32,000 bases of DNA from Cylindrospermopsis raciborskii Cr2010 (GCF_003367075.2 NZ_CP065936.1:3090001-3122000), one strand, 5' to 3'; numbered from the stretch's first letter, positions 9,281 through 18,272 are shown. Numbers and translations: made by a program. Notes: generated from the sequence alone by a model not told the origin.

Positions 9281-10252
9281 ATGAACAGGGGTTTACTTAA
9301 TCCAATTCTAGTGAAAAATCACATGGTGTCAGGGTTTACTCTTTTAGTTGTTATAGCTACTGGGGTACAGGTGTCCTTGGCAGCAGAAGGGGTATACGAA
9401 ATAGCGGAAAAAACTACCGTTAAAATCAATATATTTGATAATCAAGAGGGGCGGGAAGCGGATGGAGGTTCAGGTGTAATTATTAACAAATCAGGTAGAA
9501 TTTACACCGTATTAACAGCGAATCATGTTGTCTGTGACCTTGATGAAATCGCACTGGCAAGAAAAAAGGTAGCATGCGAAACGGGTTTTAAGTATACTAT
9601 CCAGACTAACACGGGCAAAGAATATCCAATTAAAGATCGTCAGGTACTACAAAAAGCACCAAGTGATCCAGATTTAGCAACAGTTACTTTTGAATCAGGG
9701 GAAAATTATGCCGTAGCTGTTCTGGGAAACTCCGGTCAGGTGAAACTAGGTACTGATGTGACTGTGGCTGGATTTCCTGCCATTTTTGGCAACAAAGGTA
9801 AAAATAGGACTTTCACTATTACGCCCGGTAAATTAGTTACTTTGATCCCCAAGGGACAAATGGGTTATAGTTTGGTATACAGCGCTGATACTTATATTGG
9901 TAATAGTGGCGGACCAGTGTTTGATGGTTCTGGTAGAGTTATTGGTATTCACGGATTAGCACATACTGATCAGGATAGTGGTGAATCAGAAACCCGGGGT
10001 CGTAAACGCCCAAGAATTAGGGAAATAATCGGACAAAGGGAAACAGGAGCATCTTCTGGAGGAAAGACAGGGTTTAATGCGGGTATTCCCATTAATACCT
10101 TTTTCTCGTTGACGGGACAACAACCTCCCACCAGTGCTGTACAACCGGTACTTCCCCCTCCTCCACCAGTAGCTCCCGGTGATTCTCCCAGAAGACCCAC
10201 TAGATACAAAGCGCCTAGTGGACCAGCAGTTTGCCCGGGTACTGTTTGTTAG
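9281..10252 (+). CDS. secreted trypsin-like (S1 family) serine protease with Pro-rich C-terminus
   Basis: Signal-like N-terminus. Catalytic triad contexts: LTANHVV (His), DLATVTF (Asp) and GNSGGPVFD (Ser). Has a charged insertion and a PPPPPVAPG tail ending in CPGTVC. Confidence 0.75.
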   Translation: MNRGLLNPILVKNHMVSGFTLLVVIATGVQVSLAAEGVYEIAEKTTVKINIFDNQEGREADGGSGVIINKSGRIYTVLTANHVVCDLDEIALARKKVACETGFKYTIQTNTGKEYPIKDRQVLQKAPSDPDLATVTFESGENYAVAVLGNSGQVKLGTDVTVAGFPAIFGNKGKNRTFTITPGKLVTLIPKGQMGYSLVYSADTYIGNSGGPVFDGSGRVIGIHGLAHTDQDSGESETRGRKRPRIREIIGQRETGASSGGKTGFNAGIPINTFFSLTGQQPPTSAVQPVLPPPPPVAPGDSPRRPTRYKAPSGPAVCPGTVC

Positions 10253-10289
10253 ATTTGCAAAATTTAAGATTACACAGGAGGAGAATACT

Positions 10290-11063
10290 ATGTGGAAGAG
10301 TTATTTAAGTACTATTTCATCAGTAATGCTCGTTTTAGGTTGTTTCTATACCAATCAGCAACAGGCGATCGCCCAAGCTGTCATAGAGCAGGATAGTTTA
10401 AATATAACCAAGGGAATACCCTGGGGTGCTGGAGGTTTCCCCTTTAGTCAAGTAGCCAACATTAAGGACTCTCTGGTTGATATTATTTCAGGGAAGGTGG
10501 TTATAGACCGACACGGAGAACCTGACAGCGGTTTATCTGGACCATTTTCCCAGCCTTTTCCAGGTAGGTTTGTGATTGTTTCCCTTTGGGGAAGCAATGT
10601 AGATGGATGTTTTTTACAAGTGGTGGTGCAAAAATCACCCAATGATGGTCAAGCGGAATTACAGCAATTAGTTCCCAAAACCCTAGAGATAGGAGTTAAT
10701 AACCAAATTATAGAACTGGAACGCAACCCTAGCACCCAAGTGAGAGGATTTAAGGTTCCTTATAACTATACCCGGGCACAGGGAACTAGTGTAAATAGCC
10801 TTATAGGTAACCTTTTATTTGGTGCAAACAATCAACCAGCAGAGAACTCCAACAAGCAAATATCTAGCAATTGGTACATGGCTACTACTCTTTTTGCAGT
10901 AGATCAGGGCACTGCTAACTTCCTCAGAAGTGCGCAACCAAGAGAAATACGAATTCGCTTAAAATTTGAAAATGGTGACGCTAGAATTGTTAGGATTGGC
11001 AAGGGCACAGTGGAAAAGTGGCCAGAAGTCTACGGATTTAATTCCAAATGTGTTCCTCAATAA
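10290..11063 (+). CDS. hypothetical lipoprotein or secreted protein
   Basis: ATG at 10290 is preceded by AGGAGGAG. The N-terminus MWKSYLSTISSVMLVLGC is lipobox-like (VLGC). The track's extension to 10179 overlaps the protease 3' end and is unlikely to be real. No domain recognised. Confidence 0.6.
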   Translation: MWKSYLSTISSVMLVLGCFYTNQQQAIAQAVIEQDSLNITKGIPWGAGGFPFSQVANIKDSLVDIISGKVVIDRHGEPDSGLSGPFSQPFPGRFVIVSLWGSNVDGCFLQVVVQKSPNDGQAELQQLVPKTLEIGVNNQIIELERNPSTQVRGFKVPYNYTRAQGTSVNSLIGNLLFGANNQPAENSNKQISSNWYMATTLFAVDQGTANFLRSAQPREIRIRLKFENGDARIVRIGKGTVEKWPEVYGFNSKCVPQ

Positions 11064-11077
11064 GCTTTACTTCTTTC

Positions 11078-11099
11078 TAAGTGGGTGAGTGGGATTAAG
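11078..11099 (+). repeat. solo terminal fragment of the MITE-like repeat
   Basis: TAAGTGGGTGAGTGGGATTAAG matches the first ~21 nt of copy 1 (TAAGTGGGTGAGTGGAATTAAA). The rest of the element is absent. Confidence 0.6.
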
Positions 11100-11208
11100 T
11101 TTTTTAAAACCACTGACCGAAACCAAGAAAAGTAGCTAGAATAGAAGGGAAACTCTCTTTTAAACAAGAAGAGTGGAACCATTAGGGAAAACCCAAATCA
11201 AACTTTTT

Positions 11209-11397
11209 ATGGATTCAAATGGCCCGTCTACTAACCTGTCTAACACATACTCCCAACGTGTAGCAGATATTGTGGGAACGGTAATTGCTCTTTTAACCCT
11301 AATTATGCCTGTACTAATCATTTCCCATTATTCTTCAGCGGAAGTTCAGAATCCACCACAACCGGTAATCTACAATTTGACAAGAGATAAACCATAG
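11209..11397 (+). CDS. small hypothetical membrane protein (62 aa)
   Basis: ATG-initiated ORF with one clear hydrophobic helix (IVGTVIALLTLIMPVLII). No homology recognised and no obvious ribosome-binding site. Confidence 0.3.
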   Translation: MDSNGPSTNLSNTYSQRVADIVGTVIALLTLIMPVLIISHYSSAEVQNPPQPVIYNLTRDKP

Positions 11398-11524
11398 CCA
11401 TGAACTAACCAGATATAAGATCAGATTTCTTAAATAAGGATGTGAACATAGCACAATTATCCTAAAATCTAGCAAGAGAACCTCTGGTTCCAAATAAATT
11501 AACTGTTAGTACGGGAGTTTTGTT

Positions 11525-12034
11525 GTGGATTTATCTCTTATTCCTGCTCAACCTAAACCAGGTGTGATTAATGTGCTGATTGAAATTGCTGGTGGGAGTC
11601 AGAATAAATACGAATTTGATAAGGAATTAAATGCTTTTGCCTTAGACCGAGTGCTTTATTCTTCCGTCAAATACCCTTATGACTATGGTTTTATTCCTAA
11701 CACCCTAGCTGAGGATGGAGATCCCTTAGATGGCATGGTGATCATGGATGAACCAACTTTCCCCGGTTGCGTTATTCCATCTAGACCTATTGGGTTTCTA
11801 GAAATGATTGATGGTGGTGAACGGGATGAAAAAATCCTTTGTGTTCCTGTTAAGGATCCTCGCTATGCCCATGTAAACTCGCTGAAGGATATCCCTCCCC
11901 ATAGGTTGGAAGAAATTGCTGAGTTTTTCCGTAGTTATAAAAATTTGGAGAAGAAGGTAACACAAATTCTCGGTTGGCATGATGCGGATAAGGTTGCACC
12001 TTTAGTGCAAAAGTGTGTCGCTGCTGCTAAGTAG
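11525..12034 (+). CDS. ppa: inorganic pyrophosphatase (family I)
   Basis: 169 aa with a GTG start. Canonical motifs NKYEFDKE and [23 protein letters not shown]. Confidence 0.95.
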   Translation: MDLSLIPAQPKPGVINVLIEIAGGSQNKYEFDKELNAFALDRVLYSSVKYPYDYGFIPNTLAEDGDPLDGMVIMDEPTFPGCVIPSRPIGFLEMIDGGERDEKILCVPVKDPRYAHVNSLKDIPPHRLEEIAEFFRSYKNLEKKVTQILGWHDADKVAPLVQKCVAAAK

Positions 12035-12187
12035 GGACGCAACAACAGGTTCTTCGGTGGATGTGAAAAACAAAAGAATGCTTGTGTGCACTACTTCAGT
12101 CCCAATCTGGCACTTTTTTCGTTTTTTGCCCACCTCCCCCTATATATTTTGATATGTTGTATATGTTGGCAAACAACTTTTAAAGAA

Positions 12188-12592
12188 ATGCAGCGTACTC
12201 TACTTTTAGCCAAACTTCACAACTGTACCCTAACCGGTGCAAATGTTAATTATGTGGGTAGTATCAGTGTTGACCTAGTTCTTTTACATGAGGCTGGTAT
12301 TCTACCATACGAGCAGGTACAAGTGGTGAATAAGAACAATGGAAAGCGCCTCATTACTTATACGATCGCAGCACCAGCTAACTCGGGGATCATTGAGTTG
12401 AACGGAGCAGCAGCTAGATTGGGCGTAACGGGCGATCGCCTGATTATCATGACCTATGGGCAATTTACTGAGGAAGAATTAAAGGAGTATTGTCCTAGGG
12501 TGGTAATTGTCAACGAGAAGAATCAAATCCTAGAGGTGAGAGATTATGATGATCAGTATATTAGGGGATCTGGAGTAATTGGTGTAGTTTAG
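12188..12592 (+). CDS. panD: aspartate 1-decarboxylase proenzyme
   Basis: Start taken at ATG 12188 ([29 protein letters not shown]). Contains the self-processing Gly-Ser site of PanD. The track's 34-aa upstream extension is Cys/Phe-rich and not PanD-like. Confidence 0.85.
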   Translation: MQRTLLLAKLHNCTLTGANVNYVGSISVDLVLLHEAGILPYEQVQVVNKNNGKRLITYTIAAPANSGIIELNGAAARLGVTGDRLIIMTYGQFTEEELKEYCPRVVIVNEKNQILEVRDYDDQYIRGSGVIGVV

Positions 12593-13601
12593 CAGCTACT
12601 AGACCGCTATGGAGTAGTTCTCTAGCTTTATCTATTCCTGCTGACATATGTGGACTAATACCACTGTGCCATAAATAAAAACCTCCGTTCCAAATAGCTG
12701 TCTCCATCAAGTCATTGCTTTCTCCTCTAATAATAGATTTGATGTCTGTCATTAGCTGCTCTGGACTATGTAAGGGTACATTCTTATTGCTGAATTCATA
12801 GTCGCGGGATGCCAAATTCAGTCTTTGTAATTCCTGGGGAGCAAAGCAGGATGTGCCAATAATCGCAGTCCGATCCTTTGGTAAATCCGTACTACCTTCC
12901 AAACCTTTGATAAAGGTATATTGTTTCACTCCTCTCATCTCTAAAGCTGTTTGCAACATCCCCTCTGTGGGAGGATGAACAAAGCCAGCAATAATATGGG
13001 CATTACCTACATAAGGACACCAAATTAATTCCATTGTTGCTAGTGGTGGACGTTTTCCCAGTTGTTCCCTATATTCCCAAAGGCTTTTAGTTAAGCTAAA
13101 ATGACTCGGTGTATGTATAAAACCAATACCGGTTATGTTAAATATTTTTTGAGTTTTTTCTAAGCATACCTTAGCCCAATTGATTCCTAAGTTTTGCCAA
13201 ATTTCGACCAGGGGTAAACCATATTTTGTGGGATAGCGATCGCCTCCGTGCATGATTACAGGTTTACCCGCTGCTGTCAACAATAAAGTGGTAATGATAT
13301 TAACTGGAGCTGTGCGGATTCTACCATCATAGGGTATGCCAAAAACTATGGGATTTTCATCATAGTTAGTTAGTGCCAATTTGGGACCCAGTTCATCATA
13401 AGCATCTAACATACCTGCCAATTCTTCACCCGTAGGGCGTTTAATCCGATGGGCAATTAAAAATGCGCCTATTTGTACAGGTGTGGGTTCAGATAATAAC
13501 ATCATCTTCATAGCTGTATAAGCTTCTTGACGACTGAGATTTTCTGAGGTGTGGTTTCCGCTACCAATTTTGCGGATAAATTCTCTAAATATATGGGACA
13601 T
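12561..13601 (-). CDS. anthranilate phosphoribosyltransferase-family paralog (divergent, not canonical TrpD)
   Basis: 346 aa with TrpD-like fold landmarks: an N-terminal helical region, then [13 protein letters not shown] aligning to the KHGNR region. The PRPP-binding GTGGD loop is replaced by GIPYDG. Confidence 0.55.
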   Translation of the reverse strand: MSHIFREFIRKIGSGNHTSENLSRQEAYTAMKMMLLSEPTPVQIGAFLIAHRIKRPTGEELAGMLDAYDELGPKLALTNYDENPIVFGIPYDGRIRTAPVNIITTLLLTAAGKPVIMHGGDRYPTKYGLPLVEIWQNLGINWAKVCLEKTQKIFNITGIGFIHTPSHFSLTKSLWEYREQLGKRPPLATMELIWCPYVGNAHIIAGFVHPPTEGMLQTALEMRGVKQYTFIKGLEGSTDLPKDRTAIIGTSCFAPQELQRLNLASRDYEFSNKNVPLHSPEQLMTDIKSIIRGESNDLMETAIWNGGFYLWHSGISPHMSAGIDKARELLHSGLVAAKLHQLLQIP

Positions 13602-13628
13602 AAGAAACTGTGAATGATTAATGGGGAA

Positions 13629-14570
13629 TCAAGACAAAGACTGCTTTGGAGGGATATGGTCAGCTACTAATTGCCAAAAGTGTTCTATGGGGGGTATTGT
13701 TAACCGATCCTGGGTAGTTACCATCACCACCCGACGAGTGAAACTAGAATCCCCTCCTAATTCATGATCTTTATCCTCATTATTGTTGAGAGAACGTACT
13801 ACTAGACTAGGATCAAACTTGGCTTCAATTAGCGCTGAATGAGGTAATAAAGCTATCAGTTTCCCCCGTCTCACCACACCCCGAAAAGCATCTAAAGTAT
13901 TCACTTCTAATGCTGCTTTTAATACTGCTCCTAGCTGATCAAACTTCTCTTGAATTAGTCGCTGCATTCCATAACCATCCTTAAATACCACCTGGGGATA
14001 TTTAACTAGTTCACTCCACGGTATGGATCTAAATTCCGCTAAAGGATGATTGATTCCTACTAATACTTCTATTGGCTCTTCATATAGGTTTTTTACCACC
14101 ATTTCCTTACCAGTAATTAGAAACTTGTTGTACATCACAATTGCCAAATCTACTAGACCATCTTTCAATACTTTTAAAGAGCGATCGCTACCTAATGAGG
14201 TGACTCTTAATTGTACTTGAGGATAGTTGTGACAAAACATTTGTAACACCTCCGGTAAATAGGAACTACAAATAGAGTGGATTGCTGCAACACATAATTC
14301 TGGCTGTTTTCCGCTGATTAAATCTGTTAGTTCCTGGGTTGCAAATTCCCACTCTTGGCAAATTTTTCTCACACGCGGTAGTAACCTTTCACCACCTAAT
14401 GTTAACTTAGCATGAGTGTTTCTATGAAACAACTCTACACCTAAATCTGCCTCTAAACCCTGAATTTGCCTACTGATCGTAGATTGGGTGACCCCACATT
14501 TTTTGGCAGCTTGTTGGAAACTACCTGTTTGGGCGATCGCTAAAAAGGCTTGCAACTGCTCTAAACGCAT
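13629..14570 (-). CDS. LysR-family transcriptional regulator
   Basis: 313 aa. N-terminal HTH is MRLEQLQAFLAIAQTGSFQQAAKKCGVTQSTISRQIQGLEADLGVELFHR. C-terminal part is a substrate-binding-like domain. Confidence 0.9.
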   Translation of the reverse strand: MRLEQLQAFLAIAQTGSFQQAAKKCGVTQSTISRQIQGLEADLGVELFHRNTHAKLTLGGERLLPRVRKICQEWEFATQELTDLISGKQPELCVAAIHSICSSYLPEVLQMFCHNYPQVQLRVTSLGSDRSLKVLKDGLVDLAIVMYNKFLITGKEMVVKNLYEEPIEVLVGINHPLAEFRSIPWSELVKYPQVVFKDGYGMQRLIQEKFDQLGAVLKAALEVNTLDAFRGVVRRGKLIALLPHSALIEAKFDPSLVVRSLNNNEDKDHELGGDSSFTRRVVMVTTQDRLTIPPIEHFWQLVADHIPPKQSLS

Positions 14571-14657
14571 AATTAACAGGAATTGTATCCCGAGTTTTTA
14601 ACTTAAAATTCTGATTCCATCATTTTATTAGGTTATGATACAAACTTTTGACAATTT

Positions 14658-14665
14658 TTGTTGTA
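14658..14665. repeat. target-site duplication (left) of IS1-family element
   Basis: TTGTTGTA lies immediately outside the left IS end and is identical to 15422-15429. Confidence 0.8.
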
Positions 14666-15421
14666 GGCGTTGCATATTTGCGGGATGAATCAACTAAACG
14701 CGGGTATTACTTCATACTTTAAATAGTGAAGTAATAATTTAATTGAATACCTAAGCATATCTACAGATTTTGAATAGCATAGCGTTTTTCTATGTAGTCG
14801 CGCTAAGTAGTGACGTAAACGTGTATTTTCACCCTCTACCCTAGTCATATATGTTTTGCTCACAATATGATCCTCTGGCTGAATAAAACTCGGATAAACC
14901 CTCCACCCATCAGTAACATAAAAAAAGCATTGCCAGAGTTTAACGATGTCCCACAAAGGTTGAAATGCTTGTGAGCTGTGGTCTCCCACAACCCAAGCCA
15001 GGATATTTTTACGGAAGTGATTTACTGCTGTCCACAACCATATTTTGTTTTTTTTTGATCCCACAAAGGTCTCCAACTCATCAAGCTCACCTACCAAGGG
15101 TGTTTCCTCAACTGGTGGAGCATCTGGAAGTATGGAACCAATTTGTTTTAGCCAGTAAATAATAGTTGTATGATGAACGCCTTTATCGCGTTCAATTGCT
15201 CTAAATCCCATACCGTTAACATAAGAGCGCAGGCAACTTTGTTTAACTTCTTCTGAATAGCCTTTAGGTGGACTATAGACATCGATAAATTGACGACCAC
15301 AATCAACACAAATGTGATTTTGTTTACCTCGACGTTTGCCATTCTTTCTGATTTTGGAAGACCCGCAGTTTGGACAATGCACAGTAGATTACCTCAATTC
15401 ATACCTCTATTATGCAACGCC
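14666..15421 (-). mobile_element. IS1-family insertion sequence, 756 bp, apparently intact
   Basis: Terminal inverted repeats are GGCGTTGCATA... and ...TATGCAACGCC: 11 nt perfect, about 20 of 25 nt when extended. Single transposase ORF. Flanked by a perfect 8-bp direct repeat, TTGTTGTA. Size and duplication length fit IS1. Confidence 0.85.
14690..15382 (-). CDS. IS1-family transposase (single fused ORF)
   Basis: 230 aa. N-terminal zinc finger CPNCGSSKIRKNGKRRGKQNHICVDCG, then an HTH region and a DDE region (ELDELETFVG..., YVTDGWRVY, ...TRVEGENTRLRH). Confidence 0.85.
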   Translation of the reverse strand: MHCPNCGSSKIRKNGKRRGKQNHICVDCGRQFIDVYSPPKGYSEEVKQSCLRSYVNGMGFRAIERDKGVHHTTIIYWLKQIGSILPDAPPVEETPLVGELDELETFVGSKKNKIWLWTAVNHFRKNILAWVVGDHSSQAFQPLWDIVKLWQCFFYVTDGWRVYPSFIQPEDHIVSKTYMTRVEGENTRLRHYLARLHRKTLCYSKSVDMLRYSIKLLLHYLKYEVIPAFS

Positions 15422-15429
15422 TTGTTGTA
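15422..15429. repeat. target-site duplication (right) of IS1-family element
   Basis: TTGTTGTA, identical to 14658-14665. Confidence 0.8.
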
Positions 15430-15452
15430 ATAGCAATCGACTCAATATTTGA

Positions 15453-15524
15453 GTATTAACCTAGTATTAGTTTTATCTGCAAGGGGGGAGGGCTATATAT
15501 TGGTTTTGTATTAACCTTGTATTA
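15453..15524 (+). promoter_or_regulatory. two copies of a 17-nt motif, GTATTAACCT(A/T)GTATTA, spaced 55 bp; candidate LysR-type binding sites
   Basis: 15453-15469 and 15508-15524 match at 16 of 17 positions. Each contains TTA-N9-TAA (a T-N11-A type dyad). They lie between the LysR gene and the divergent downstream gene. Confidence 0.35.
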
Positions 15525-15670
15525 ACTGGGCATTAATTGATCATTAATTCATTATTAACTCAAGCTCATAAATATGGGGGGAGGTGTATGACCCCACAAA
15601 TGATCCACCCTTGAAGCAGGTGACTAGGGCTATAATATTTTTGACTAAATTTGTATCTAGGGAGTATTTC

Positions 15671-16168
15671 GTGAACACAGCTGTAAAATTGCGGGAGTTA
15701 ATGGCACAATTTATCACTCCAGAAAGTTTCCAACCTTATGGACAGGTGATCTTTCCTTGTAAAGACGATAAAATTTTTGACTATACAGATGCTCAACTAA
15801 GTTTAGAGAATGGTATTACACGCTTCTATATTATGCGCTTAAAAAAACAAGGAACACGATTTCATAAGATAACTCGTCATGTTGAATGTACTCAGTGTCT
15901 AGGTTCTCTGGAAGGGAAGGATTGGTTTATGGCAGTTTGTCCACCAGAGAATAATAATAGGGAACCCATTTTAGATAAGTTAGTGGTCTTTCACATTCCC
16001 GGTAACTGTTTTATCAAACTAGAAGTAGGAACTTGGCACGCAGGTCCCTATTTCTATCATGATTTTGTTGATTTTTATAATTTAGAACTTAGTGATACGA
16101 ATCTTGTTGATCATTTCACCCATGATTTTTTAAAAACTAATGGATTAACCTTTCAGATTGTACTGTAG
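15671..16168 (+). CDS. ureidoglycolate lyase-like cupin protein
   Basis: Resembles AllA-type ureidoglycolate lyase: ESFQPYGQVI near the N-terminus, ITRHVECTQC aligning to ERHPLGTQ, and GTWHAGPYF aligning to NVWHHPLF. Start is uncertain. GTG 15671 follows AGGGA; the track start, GTG 15584, adds 29 non-conserved-looking residues. Confidence 0.5.
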   Translation: MNTAVKLRELMAQFITPESFQPYGQVIFPCKDDKIFDYTDAQLSLENGITRFYIMRLKKQGTRFHKITRHVECTQCLGSLEGKDWFMAVCPPENNNREPILDKLVVFHIPGNCFIKLEVGTWHAGPYFYHDFVDFYNLELSDTNLVDHFTHDFLKTNGLTFQIVL

Positions 16169-16247
16169 TTTAGCAATAGGTACGTGAATACACCTCATAT
16201 AATACATAATATATATTAATTATCCCCCTATCCTCTTGCTCTAACTC

Positions 16248-16358
16248 TAAGTAAGGAGGCACAATTATTTGTAGGATGGGTTAACCCATGGGGGCGTTGG
16301 GTTTCATACTTCAACCCAACCTAGGTTCATCTTATATTTAATTCCACCCACCCACTTA
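16248..16358 (-). repeat. MITE-like structured dispersed repeat, copy 3 (variant inner hairpin)
   Basis: Same ends and first hairpin as copies 1 and 2. The GGGTCTCGTTACTCGACCC segment is replaced by the palindrome GGGTTAACCC. Its terminal TTA is the complement of the ABC transporter's TAA stop codon. Confidence 0.8.
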
Positions 16359-18272
16359 ACTGCCTAACATTTGTAAATTATGTAAAGTTGCATAAAGTCC
16401 CCCTTGATTGATTAGTTCCTGATGACTTCCCTGTTCAATTAATTCACCTCTTTTTAAAACAAAAATTCTATCCACATTTCTAATAGTTGACAACCGGTGG
16501 GCAATTATTATAGCTGTCCTTGCAGTTAACAACTGATTTAACGCTTGTTGAATTAGTGCTTCAGTTCCCACATCTAAGTTGGCAGTTGCTTCATCTAAAA
16601 TCAAAATTTGTGGATTACGAATGGCTGCTCTCGCAAATGCTAATAGTTGTTTTTGTCCCCCTGAAATATTTGTGCCTCTCTCTCTTAATTCCGTATTATA
16701 ACCTTGAGGTAACTCTTGAATGAAACTGGCAACATTGGTTTTTTCTGCAGCGCTCTCAATCTCTTCTGATGTGTAGTTATCTCCTAAACTAATATTACTT
16801 TTTACGTCACCAGCAAACAAAAAGACTTCCTGCAAAATTACTGCCATGTAACGTCTTAGCTCAATTTGTGGTATCTCCTGAATATCTATACCATCAATTA
16901 GAATACGTCCTTTTGTGGGTTCATAAAGTCTACACAAAAGACGAATGATTGAACTTTTACCCGCTCCAGTAGGACCGACTAAGGCTATTTTCTCTCCAGG
17001 GTGAATGACAAAATCTAAATTTTTGAGTACATAATCATCATCTTTGTAGGCAAACCACACGTTCTCAAAGCGAATTTCTCCTAATGCTGAAGGAGTGATA
17101 AAGTTTTGTTCTTCTAAGTTCTTGATGGTGTCGTCTATATAGCTCCCCTGATTGTCTAATAGTGAAAATTTAGGACTGACCCGGTCTTTAATTTCTATGG
17201 GTTCATCTAAAATGTTGCTGACTCTTTCAATGGCAGTAAATCCACCCTGAATAATTGTGAATTTCTCAGCAAAGTTTCGCAAGGGGTCAAATAGCTGTTG
17301 AGCATATAGTATAAATGCTGATAGAATACCAAAGGTTATGCTTCGACCCAATAGTAAATAACCTCCAACCCATAAAACACCAGCAATAGCAATTAAGCTA
17401 ACCCATTCTAATGTGGCAGAAACCGCTGAATCATACCAGATAGTAGTGTCAAGCTGTTGAATATATTTTGTATTGGTGGCACGAAATAATTCCGCATTTA
17501 ATTTCTGTCTTCGGAACAACTGCACTACGTTAATACCAGCAATATTTTCTTGCAGTTGAGAATTTATCTTTGATAGCTCCTCTCTCGATTTATAATTTGC
17601 TTGACGATATTCTTTCTGAAAGTAGACAATTAACCAGGAAATTGGCAATAAAATCAATATTAGTAAACAGGCAAGTTGCCACTGAATTGTGAACATTAAA
17701 ATGGTAATCACTAACATCGAAAATATATCAGAAATAATACCAATAGCACCTGTGGCAAATACATCTCCTAAACTTTCTACGTCACTAACCAATCTAGTAA
17801 CCAATTTTCCTACCGGGGTAGATTCAAAAAATCTCAAGGATAGGGATGTTACATGACTAAATAAGTCTTGACGAATTGCAGCAGTAATTCTCTGCCCTAC
17901 CTTTTGGACTAAATAACTCTGGACTCCTACCAAGGATAGTCTCACTACCATTATTGCTAGTAGTAGTGCTTGTATGATTCCTAGTCCTTCCCATAAACTG
18001 CGACTGGTCAGAAATTTGTAAGTCCCCGGTTCTTGACGAATTAATGATATTGCTTGTCCAATTAGCAATGGTTGTATGGAATTGGCGATCGCAATGGGTA
18101 CAAGCAAAAGCAGCGATAATACAAGTAGATATTTACTGTTACGACCATAGGGAACTAAACGCAAAAATAACCGCCAGTCATTTTGATTTTGGCGGTGGTC
18201 TGGTTTAGGTGACTTCTGGGGGGGTTTGCGGGGCTTTTTATCGGATTTTTTCTGAAATGGGTAGATGATCAT
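16356..18272 (-). CDS. ABC exporter, fused permease/ATPase (MsbA/MdlB-like)
   Basis: 638 aa. Lys/Pro-rich N-terminal tail and a six-helix transmembrane domain. Walker A GPTGAGKSS, signature ISGGQKQ, Walker B ILILDEATANLD, H-loop IIIAHRLST. Confidence 0.9.
   Translation of the reverse strand: MIIYPFQKKSDKKPRKPPQKSPKPDHRQNQNDWRLFLRLVPYGRNSKYLLVLSLLLLVPIAIANSIQPLLIGQAISLIRQEPGTYKFLTSRSLWEGLGIIQALLLAIMVVRLSLVGVQSYLVQKVGQRITAAIRQDLFSHVTSLSLRFFESTPVGKLVTRLVSDVESLGDVFATGAIGIISDIFSMLVITILMFTIQWQLACLLILILLPISWLIVYFQKEYRQANYKSREELSKINSQLQENIAGINVVQLFRRQKLNAELFRATNTKYIQQLDTTIWYDSAVSATLEWVSLIAIAGVLWVGGYLLLGRSITFGILSAFILYAQQLFDPLRNFAEKFTIIQGGFTAIERVSNILDEPIEIKDRVSPKFSLLDNQGSYIDDTIKNLEEQNFITPSALGEIRFENVWFAYKDDDYVLKNLDFVIHPGEKIALVGPTGAGKSSIIRLLCRLYEPTKGRILIDGIDIQEIPQIELRRYMAVILQEVFLFAGDVKSNISLGDNYTSEEIESAAEKTNVASFIQELPQGYNTELRERGTNISGGQKQLLAFARAAIRNPQILILDEATANLDVGTEALIQQALNQLLTARTAIIIAHRLSTIRNVDRIFVLKRGELIEQGSHQELINQGGLYATLHNLQMLGS

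Noticed and set aside
9970-10209. 79-aa minus-strand Gly-rich ORF
   Set aside because: It is the antisense shadow of the protease's Pro-rich tail (CCN codons read as GGN).
10179-10289. Upstream extension of the 10290 gene overlapping the protease 3' end
   Set aside because: The extension has no signal peptide and sits in the alternate frame of the Pro-rich protease tail. A strong AGGAGGAG site precedes ATG 10290.
12086-12187. 34-aa N-terminal extension of PanD
   Set aside because: The extension is rich in Cys, Phe and Leu and is unlike PanD. PanD homologs begin at the MQRT-type start, about 24 residues before the Gly-Ser processing site.
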